Shown: positions 43,601 to 53,800 of the stretch, piece by piece
How the letters are laid out: each line of letters starts with the position of its first letter
How positions within the stretch are numbered: the first letter of the stretch is position 1
DNA from: Prorocentrum cordatum
Lineage: Eukaryota
Assembly (NCBI GenBank): GCA_963575745.1
Contig: CAUYUJ010000332.1
Span: 1 to 64,000 of the forward strand
Length of the DNA stretch: 64,000 nt
Reading direction: 5' to 3'
Notes under the pieces: model-generated
What the model was told of the DNA's origin: nothing
The model's input: the letters and a program-made list of their open reading frames with translations, nothing else
The model's database searches: none
Program-made: the position numbers and the translations under genes

Positions 43601-45003
43601 GGGAAACGAGCTAACATGCGATTTCATATTTATTGCTAACATGGCTTGGGCTTCTCGCAAAGAGAGCGCGGATCTGTTTGTACTGTTCCGACGGCCTCTT
43701 GCGAAGCTACGCGCTTGGGTATCGCCCCGGCTCTCCTCGCAGTCTTTTCTATCTGGCTGGAGGCCGGAAAGGCCCGCATTACATTTTGCGGTGCCTTCTT
43801 GTGTATCATTTGCATGACCAACATGGCGTTTCAAGGGACCGTTTGGGCCCGTCTTTTAGGGAGATCTTTTTCGGTGATGCCAGCGTAACAATTGCCAAAA
43901 AACACTTTCAAAAATGTTTATGCCGACTTTAAAATTCTCGGTGTATCTGTTGATTGCAACCTTGTCATAACAGATGCGGTATCTGACTGTGTGGTTCACG
44001 ACTTCAGGCCTTGCTTCGCTCGCGGCGAAACCAGACTGTGGCCGAACTTGTTGTCTTTTTATAAAGCGCACATTCTTTCGTTCATAGAATACCGCACGCC
44101 AGCCTTCTCACACGCTTTGAATTCTGTATTGTTGCCGCTTGACCGTGTCCAAACTGGTTCTTTTCGAACCCTGGCCTGGGCATAACTGAAAGCGAGGCTC
44201 TGCGCAATTTTTATCTTGCCCTTGTCTGCCCGCAAATATATAACGAACTTCGGCCTTATTCACGCACTGTACTCGGTGTCAGCCCTCCCTTCACTTCAAA
44301 TTGCTTTGTACTGGTTCTTCCGTAAGGTCGTCTTGGCCACAGCTTTTCAATGGCGTCTGATGGCTTCGAACAGCCTTCGTAAATATTTTCTTCACAACCC
44401 GCTGAATGAACTGATTCCTCTTCTTTTTCTTCGTTCACCTCTATCTCTTCCCCTGCGCCCTCTCGTGCCGTTCTGGTCCTCTTTCTCTCTCCCTGCTTTG
44501 TGGAAAGGTCGGCAAAAAAAAAAAAAACAAAAAAAAACAAAAAAACTGAAACGAGAACAAAAAACACCAAAATAAATTGAAAATAATAAACATAAAGATC
44601 ATTGAAACCGCTTTACTTTGCAATAAGAACGAGCAAAAAAAACGCTGCAAAACAAAATGAATAAACAACTTCAAACACTAAAACAGACATAACACTTCGA
44701 CGTGCCGTGTATGAATTCTACATTGTACTTAAAAATATGACAACAAAAATTGCTTGATCAATAACAAGAAAAAACGATAGGAAATAACGACCATTCTTCT
44801 AAACACTACATACAAAAACCCATAGAAAAAAAAACTGCAAACACATCTGCAATGAAAATTGTAATTTAAACAAACAACATTAATGTAAATAACAAAAACA
44901 AAAAATAAGCAACTCACGGTACAAAAAAAAACATATAATTTCGATTATAATACATCTTAACACTGTAGACCTTAAAATGATGTGAAACGAGCAATTCGGT
45001 CTA

Positions 45004-45044
<41 letters not shown>

Positions 45045-45423
45045 GGGGAATTTGCTCAAGATTTATGTATAAACTTAACTAATTTCACATTGAATATAAT
45101 GTGATCACGTTGGAATTCATGCTTGTCGCAAACATGCATGATTCCTTCAATAAATGTATGAAACTCGCACTGAATTCGAATTAGAATGTAACATTCACTC
45201 ATGAAGCAATGCATTTGCCGAACGTACTATAATTAGAATACTTTCGACTTTCGGCTTAAACCATTGCAATATTGATCGCAAAAAAACAAATTTGTGTGTC
45301 TAATTTGCGATCGAATTATTTCTACATCTTTCGTGTTTCAGACCACTAATGACAAATATGCACACACACAGACACACATTGTGTGTGTGTCAATATAAAC
45401 GCACACACACACACATGTATATA

Positions 45424-45456
<33 letters not shown>

Positions 45457-45474
45457 ATATATATATATATCATT
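29586..45474 (+). repeat. Tandem triplication of a ~5.5-kb unit (LINE plus AT-rich flank)
   Basis: Units start gcacgacgcaatgctgtgcaag at 29586, 35122 and 40621; ORF translations near-identical at offsets of about 5.5 kb. Confidence 0.95.
30768..31065 (+). repeat. ~39-bp minisatellite in the LINE inter-ORF spacer
   Basis: About 8 units of aattttcgagccgccttacccggccg...ccggagcag; repeated near 36296 and 41803. Confidence 0.9.
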
Positions 45475-45498
45475 ATCACTGGATTCTAGTTTTGTTAC

Positions 45499-45777
45499 TC
45501 CTTTAAATCTAAATTTGAATGATCCAACACGAGGCACGTCGATTCACTACAAACATTCATTTAAATCTAGATTTAAATGATTTTCACACGCCCCCTTCAA
45601 ATTTAATCATTTAAATCTAAATTTAAATGGTTTCACCCAACTCATCTATCTCAACCATTTAAATCTAGATTTCAATGATCTCCAGGGACCTGACCAATCT
45701 TCATGTTTCAAATCTAGATTTAAATGATTTGCATACACTGTATCCACCTGTCATCGTTCAAATCTAGATTCAAATGA
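45499..45777. repeat. Six 24-bp palindromic repeats separated by 24-34-bp dissimilar spacers
   Basis: tcatttaaatctagatttaaatga (perfect palindrome at 45557-45580); variants at 45499, 45607, 45655, 45704 and 45754. Confidence 0.8.
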
Positions 45778-45837
45778 TTCCTATACACATCCACTTCCAT
45801 ATCATCAAAATTAAAATTCTAAGGATTTCACTACAGA

Positions 45838-46267
45838 GAAGGAAACAGAAACGGTGGCGGAGAGCGGCGACGGAGGCAGCGACGCCGCGAAAGCGGAAAC
45901 CGAAACGAAAGCCGAGGTGGACGCGAAGACGGACACGTACGCGGAGGCAAACGCGGAAACGGCCGCGGAGGCGGAAACCGAAGCAACGCGGACGCAGAAG
46001 CGGAAACCGAAACGAAAGCACGGGCGGACACGCACGCGGACGCGGAAACGCAGGCGGAAACAAAGGCTGAGGCGAAAGCGGTCACGGCGAGGGCAACTCG
46101 ACGCGGAAGCAGAAACTCAATAAGCAAAAGCGGAGGCCAACGCAAAGGCGGAAGCGAAAAGGAAAACCGAAACGAACGCAAAGCCAGACGCGGAGGCGCA
46201 TCTGGAGGCGGGAATGAAATTCAGGCAGAATCAGAATCGAAAACAGAGGCAGAAGCGACAGCAGAAG

Positions 46268-46317
<50 letters not shown>

Positions 46318-46380
46318 GAAACGGAAACAAAACCAAAGCCGGAGGGTCAAACGGAAACAAAAACAAAACGGAACCGGGCT
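45838..46380. repeat. Degenerate hexamer repeat (GCGGAA/ACGGAA) with embedded poly(A)
   Basis: Six-base periodicity; poly(A) at about 46268-46316. Confidence 0.8.
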
Positions 46381-46526
46381 TGCGCATGTGACTGGTGTTT
46401 TAAAATTCGGAAAATTACAATCAGCAAAACCTGCAAATAACTCGTATAGCTTCCCTTAGCAATTATCGCTGGAAGCTCGTATAACTCGTATAGCAATCAG
46501 CTTCCCTGCAATAACTCGTATAGCAT

Positions 46527-47183
46527 ATATCCCCTCAAGCAGCACTGGTAAACTAAAAACTCTTGAGCCTAGTAGGCAAGGGCTCAAGAGGGAGGAAAGG
46601 AGGGACGTGCACGGCTCAGATGACGACGACGACCCTTCTTTTTGCCAAAGGGGCCGTGCCGCTCCCTGTGCCGGCGCCCGGCGCTCCACGCGCCGGCGCC
46701 GTCTTTGGCCACGCGCAGCGGGCCACGCCGCGCCGCCGAGGCACTGCAGCACCCGGCGGCGTCGTAAAAGTCCAGAAAAGGGCGGGTAGGGAGCCCTGCA
46801 GGGCTCCCAGGGTGGGCCAGCTTGGCCGTAGAAAGGCTTGAGCCGCGGAGCGGCGGTGAAGAGAGAGGGAGAGAGAAAGGGCAAGCAAGAGGCAAGGGCA
46901 GGAGCAAGGGAACCGCAAGTGGAAGCCCGCGCCAGTTCTGGGGACGGGGAGATCCATCAGTTTTACCAAACATCCTAGATATCCCCTCAAGCAGCACTGG
47001 TAAACTAAAAACTCTTGAGCCTAGTAGGCAAGGGCTCAAGAGGGAGGAAAGGAGGGACGTGCACGGCTCAGATGACGACGACGACCCTTCTTTTTGCCAA
47101 AGGGGCCGTGCCGCTCCCTGTGCCGGCGCCCGGCGCTCCACGCGCCGGCGCCGTCTTTGGCCACGCGCAGCGGGCCACGCCGC
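46527..47183 (-). repeat. Split direct repeats: 205-bp B copies (46527-46731, 46979-47183) flanking a putative A2 (46732-46978)
   Basis: atatcccctcaagcagcactgg...gggccacgccgc appears twice at offset 452, apparently identical. Confidence 0.9.
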
Positions 47184-47870
47184 CTCCTTCCCCCTGCGAG
47201 CGCTCCACCACGCCGAACTGGCTGTAGTGGGACGCGTAGCCGCCGACCTTGTCGGCGTAGAACAGTCCTGGCATCCGCAGCAGGCCGCCACGTCTGCCCA
47301 GCAAGGTGGGTCCGCAGGCGCAGGGCGGCAGGCCGCCGGCGCCCGCGGTGGTTCTTCATGCGCCCTAGGCAGCAGCCCTGGCTGGGCTGGCTGCCGGCGC
47401 CCCCGTAGCCGCCACCGCCGCCCCCCATGACGGCGCTGCCGGTGGCCGGGCCGGCCGGCGCTCTTGCCCTCAGGCGCCAGCTGCTGCCGCGCCGCGCCCA
47501 GCTGCTCGCAAGCGCAAAGTTGAGCGCGGGCGCCAGGCTGAGCTCAGCCGGCGCCGCGCTTCCGCCCGCACGGCGCATGCCGGCGGCGGTGGTTCCCACG
47601 CGCCCCGCGCGGCAGCCCTGGCTGGGCTAGCCGCCGGCGCTTCCTCGAAGCCGCCACTGCTGCCTCCTTGGCGGCACTGCCGGGTGCCAGGCCGGCGCGG
47701 CGCCTGCCCACGGGCAGCCTGGCCGCGGCGCGCGCCCAGCCGTTCGTAAGTACGAAGCTGATGCGGGCGCCAGGCTGAACTCAGCTGGCGCCACGTGGCC
47801 GCTCGCACGGCGGTTGCCGGCGGTGGACCTCTGCTGCCCGCTCGGCTGCTGGCCGGCGGCAGCCCGCACC

Positions 47871-50800
47871 CTAGTCACGGTGCGGCCTCTGCTCCCCTCC
47901 ACGGGGCCGCCCTGGTGACCCGCGGTGCCCCAGCGGGGCCATCTCTCGCGTCACCTCGTTGGCCCGGCGGAAGCCCTGGGTCTCGTGCACGTACCTCGCG
48001 CCGTTGTAGTGCACCGGGCCCATCACCCCTGCGTCGCAAAACGTCCTCTGCGGCTGCTTGGGAGGCTTATGCACCTTGGGCGTCTGCTGCACGGCGGCCT
48101 GCTGCACGGCTGGCCCCTGCCTACCCTCGTCCTCCTTGGCCATTTTGCAGCAGCAGCCACCAATCACCCCGATGCCTGTTGCAAGCAGCACTGCGATCGT
48201 GGCACCCACCTTCATCGCCGTCTCCACTGGGACAATGATCGCCACCGTGCCCGTCTGCGGCTCCCAGCGAAGCATGGCCCCCTGGGCCTTGCCGTCAACA
48301 GTCGCTACTTCTCGGCTCTGTACCTCTCCGGCTGCTGTCGTGAGCGCCGTCACCACCAGCGCGGCGCACAGCATGCCTGCGCAGGGGGCGCGGATCCTGC
48401 AGCCGCTGCCGCGCCCGCGGGCCGCTCCTCTGCGCCTTCGCTGCTGCTCGCGCCGCCATGCAGCGCTCAGCAGCGCGGCTGCCAGGAGTACTCCCGCCGC
48501 CGTCGCCCAAGCTCCCAAGCCGACCGGGAGCACGAGGATCAGCAGGTTCTGACTCTCCATCGGGCTGACCTTGAGCACGTAGCCGTCTGCGCTGCCAGCC
48601 GTAGCGGCGAGCGTCGTCATGGTCAGCGCTGCTTTGGGCCAAGGCGGTGTCGGGCTCCTGCCTGCACGGCGCGCGCCCTCGGCCCCATGGGCCGGCGGCG
48701 CCGTGAGCTCGGACACATCCGTCGCCATGTTGGTCGAGATGCCGCGCATGGGCTCGTGGCTCTCCCACAGGTATCCGTGGAAGCTGTCGGAGGCCCAGCG
48801 CCCGAAGCGCTTGACGCGCTGCAAGTCGTCCACGGCGTGGTACATCGCTGTTGCGCCCCCGATGCGGAGGCTGTGCGAGCCGATCTCATCCTTCCGCAGC
48901 CCGGCGGCAAGCCCTGCGATCGTCAGGTAGTGCTGCACCTCCTCGCGGCGGATGGGCGCTCCGCTCGCCCAGCGGAAGAGCGGGAGCTCCTCCTCGCTCC
49001 CCCGCAGCCTCTGCGGGTAGTGCCGCTCCAGCTGGCGGAGTGCTGCCACGGGGCACAATGATGTGCCCGTCTCGTACTGGTTCCGTACGCACCCCACGTT
49101 GTACTGGTCGGTCTTCGAGGAGGTGATGTGGAGCACCGCCTCCACCGCGTCCTTGAAGGCACAGGGCTTGTTGTCGCCATTGCGGCCCGTGACGTCCACT
49201 CCACGCACAACGCGCTCTCGACTCCATGTCTTCCCGGGCTGGACCAAGTACTCGGACGCCCTCAACATGAAGAAGAAGGCCACCGCCACGGCGGCCCACA
49301 GGACAGCGGTGTCCGCCTCAGGGAGGTCCGACTGGTCCTTCAGGAAGCCCTGAAGCCACAGGAGCATGCGAGGCGTCACTGGCCGCTTCCTCCCGCTCGG
49401 CCCTTGGCCTCTCCGGAGGCCGGCGAGCGTGGACCAAAGGCGGCCTCGGTGGAGTAGAGGATCTGGGTACCCGACCACGAGGTGGGCAAATCGCACTGCG
49501 AACAACTTCTGTTTTACCGTACCCTCCGTGCGCTTCAGCACCTTAGCCAACACGATGACGAAGCCCAACAGTGCCTCCTCGTTGGCGTGTCGCTCCTCGC
49601 GGTCGCGTCCCTCCAGCCAGGGCGACTCCCCTTGGGCTGCCCTGAAGCTCTGCCACTGCTTCCAGCCGGTCTCGTAGCCAGCGCGGGTTCCCTCGGACAG
49701 TCGCAGCATCAGCGCCTCGCGCTTCTGCTCTTCGATCCACCGGCCGTAGTCGTCCCCTCCCAGCATCGGGTGGTCCGGCAGGGCGATGGAGGCACGAGCG
49801 CGGCCCAGGGCGACCGGCTTGACCAGGCCCTGGGTCTCCACCTTCTTGCCCCGGTTGGGGCTCTTCTTCCGCCGCTTCTTGGGGATGTTGACGACCGCGC
49901 CCAGGTTCACCTCCTCCGCGTCGGGGGGGGGCTCGGGGCCCCGCACGAGGTCCTCCTCGATGGCCTTGAAGCGGACGCCCTGACTCTTGCGCCTCGCTTT
50001 ATGGACGTCGTCGCTCAGTACTCCAGCGTGCTGGTTGTCCTCTGGCCTGTCAGCTTTCACCTGGAGCTCGCTCCGCGCCCATGCCCTGAGCCACCGTCGG
50101 GTTGTCTCCCAGGCGGCCGTTTCTGCGGGATCGTGGCAGCCGCCTGCCCGCTGGGTGGTCTGCGACAGTGCGTCCACAGCCGATCCAAGCACAGCTCTCG
50201 CTGTCTCTGGCGGCAGGGACCTCGCCGCTTCTCGCATCAGGGTGGCCTCGGAGTCGCCTCGGGCTCGTCGCTGCACCCACGACGCCTCGTCGCCTCCTTG
50301 CACGATCCAAACCTCTTCCGGCGACAGCGCCCTGATGCGCCCGCCACTGCGTCCTGGGACGTGGATCAGGGTTCCTCCCGGTCCGCCCGGGCCCTCCGCG
50401 GGCCAGCGAACCGTGCCGATCGGGCCGTCGACTGAGCAGACCTGATGCTTGGTGCCGGCGATCTTGATGTGGCCGATGCCCTTGGGCAGTGTGGGGTCGG
50501 AGCCTCCACGGGCTGCAGGGTCCCAAGTGACGCTCCCCTCGTCGTCGAGCCAGTGGTGACAGCCCTCGCTGGGCTTGTCCTTCAGCGCGTGCTTCACTCC
50601 ATGGGGACAGCGGCGCGCCGGCGGCATGCGCATGCCCGCCAGGCTGACGCCCGCTGGTCCCTTGCCCGCCACGATCAGGCTCCGAGCTCGAGCTGTCATG
50701 TCGCCGTAGTGGGTGCAGACGACCTCCAGATCGCACACGCGGTACCCCAGCTTGCGCAGTACCTTGACCACGCGGGTCAGGTCGAGCTTGCCCGGGGCGT

Positions 50801-53800
50801 CGACCACGACAACTTGTGGCCTCGCCCTGGTAACTGAGGATGCCAACTTCTCGACTTCAAAGCCCTTCGGGTCCAGAGACAGCGAGCACATGATCCAGTC
50901 CACTCCTGTGGAGTCGCCCGTGGTCAGCTCGCCACCGAGCTGCTCCCGGGCTCGCCCGTAAGTTCCCAGTGGGCTTCCCAGCTCGAGGCCCCGGCGCCCT
51001 GTGAGGGCGAGGTTGCGAGGCACCGCTGTTGGGGTCCTCAGCGCCCGATGCCGGAGCGCTGACTCCACAATGGGCCCATCTTCTCCAGGTAGCCGCAGGA
51101 GGTGCTCCTTTGCCTCGGCCAACATCTTCCCCCATTCCTCGGGCGGCTCAATACGGGTCCACCCTTTGCGAAGAAGTTCGGAGTGGACCTTCTTGGCCTC
51201 TTCCCGCGACAGCCAGTCCGCGATGTCGTTGTGGTAAGTGCGTATGTACAGCGCGGTCGTGCTGAACCCGTAGCAAGCCTCCAGGCGCTGGACGAGGCGA
51301 ATGAGGTGCCGTGCCAGTGGGTGCTTGGGCCGCCTCTTCGAAATCCACGACCGCACGTTCATGTTGTCGGTGACGTAGAAGACCAGCTCGCCTTGCCACT
51401 CGCGACCTCTAGTGGCAGCTAGGGCTACAAACGCGAGCAGCTCCACGATGGCGATCGCCCAATCTTTCTCGGCCCCTGGGTGGCTCAGCACGTCCTCCAG
51501 CTGGCGTAGGAGCGGGGCGGCGTCCACGGCCATGTAGTGAGGTGGCATCGCTTTGCTGCCGGCCACTGCCCGCCCCCAGTCGATGCTGCCGATGGTCGTC
51601 GTGGTTGCGTCCCCCCCAGTCCATCTCGTCCGGGCGGCGGCCCCTGGGAGTGCCAGGCGCTCGCGCGGCCCTAGACAGGAAATGAAGCTTGCCTCGAAAG
51701 TGGACGCCCAGGCCTCGGGTGCGTCGAAGAGCACTCGCAGCAGCTCGAGAGTCTGATCCCACTCGTCCCAGGCAAGGGCGACCTCCTCAGCGCTACCTCG
51801 GGGTTCCGCCCAGGCTGCGCTGAGCCCACCGCCGAGGAGGCGGTCAATGACTGGCAGCTCGGGCTTGATAGCCGGCTGCGTAGCCACCCAGAACTGGGCC
51901 GACCCCCTCAGCTCCTGGACGACTTTGATGGGAACCCGTCGGCATCCATAGCGAAGCTCGTCGATTGCCAAGAGGTGGGCGGCTTTCACGCACTTGGGCT
52001 CGGGGAGCCTCGAGCGCTGCTTGTCCACATCCAAGTATAGGCCCCAGACCAGCTGCTCTGCCTGGAAGGTGCCCTCCTCCGCCATCTTGTCGACGTTGAT
52101 CGCGTCGTTGCCCCAGACGCGCCGCATGCTCGCGTCGCAGTCGGCTGCGCTGAGCCAGGGCCGAAGGCCGACCAGCGGCTCGACCAAGACGCCGTCGTCC
52201 ATCAGCCACTTGGACGACCAGCGCACTGTGTCGTTGACCGCTGGGTCTGGTGGGAGGCGCCGCTCGTGGTCCCACTTGGCACTCCAGGCGAACGCCATGT
52301 ACTCGCCCGGCGACCCCGACCACCCGAAGACCATCACGCAATGGATCATGATCACGCGCGTGGTCAGACCCACGGCGTCGCCGGGGAGGGAGGTGCCAAA
52401 CTCGGCCACGTCCTCGTCTCGCACCCAGTGCCACTTGAAGGCCCGCGACACGTCCCGCTTGGCTATCACCTGCGGAACGCCCGGGTGGCGTGCGGACCAC
52501 CAGAGTGACAGGCGCACAAGGGCTTCGTGCTTGGGCTGGAGCGCTGGCGGATGCAGCTCTTTGGGCGAGTCTCCATTGGCTACCCTCATATCATGTATGG
52601 GGCGTCCCTCGCTGCTCACTGTGCGGTCCGGCAACATCTTGGGCACGCGCCCTGACGGGCTCTCGATGAGCTCGGAAGCGGACAGGGCGGCCTCGGCCTC
52701 CGGAGTGGCCCAGAGCACGGCGCCGTAGGACGTGTCCTTCCAGGCCTTGGCGTACATCTCCAGCGCATGGTCCCTCGCGGAGGCGTGGGGCTTGGCGATA
52801 GTCCGGCGCCTGGGCTGCTGCCTCCGTACGGGGACGCCCTTGCTCGCCATCTCCTGGAGGTACAGCCGGTGATCCTCCTCGAGCGCCTCGCCGAACTCGG
52901 GGTCGAGCACTCCCCCGAGCGGGTTCCCGAGAACGAGCTCCCGTTCCTCGCGGAGCCTCGCTGCTGCTGCCTCCACGCTCCCTGCGGCGAGTAACAGGCG
53001 GTTCCCCAGGTCCGTCACCTCTTTCACCAGCTCGGGAGCAAACTCAGCGTGCTCCAGGCACCAGCGCAAGTACTCCTTGGCCTCGGGGGTGCCAGGCCGG
53101 GGTGTCGCCGGCGCTGATCGACTCTCGTCCCGGTGTGCCTCCGCACAGCCCTTCTGGTGCGCGCCTCGGCGGGTGTCCGCCGGCGGCACCTCAGGGCCTC
53201 CGCACCTGCGCCCCGGATCCCTCGGGTCCGGGGCGGAGCCGCGCCCCCGTCTCTCCTCCTGGGGCGACCTCGCTCGCAGCCGGCCTCGGGCGCCAGGAGC
53301 CATCGTCTCGGAGGCAGATGACTCTGAGTCGTCGGGCGCGCCCCCGGGGGGCTTCATGCCCCCAGATGAGGCTGCTCCTCCGCTCCGCCGGCGGCTGCGG
53401 CTGCGAGCGCTTGGGACATCCCGACCCTCGTACTCCTCGACGTAAGTCTTCTCAGTCGCGACGTAGATGGGGTCCAAGATTCCACCACCGGCCTGTTCGT
53501 CTCGTGGAATGCCCAAGCTCGTCATCTTGAGCTTCAACGTCTCATGCTCCTCCACGTAGCGTGCCAGAATCTCGCCGAGCTGGCGAGGCTCCGGCGGCAG
53601 GGATGGATCCGTCGGGTCGGCCCCGGGATATGCCTGCATCAGGACGTCGCTGATTTGCCCGATCCCGTTCAGATACAGGATATCGGCATGCTGCAGGTCG
53701 TAGCTCTTGCCACCCCTCCGCACGTCGTTGAAGTTCTTGACGAATCGTCGGGCGGCGTTGCACTTGTGGACCCCCCCACGGCAGGCTACGCCCGGGTGCG

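Noticed and set aside
45499..45777. True CRISPR array
   Set aside because: Repeats are degenerate, the context is eukaryotic and no cas genes or leader are seen; kept only as a palindromic array.
46527..47183. Conventional LTR pair
   Set aside because: Both repeats lie at the same end of the element, and the element encodes a YR rather than a DDE integrase.
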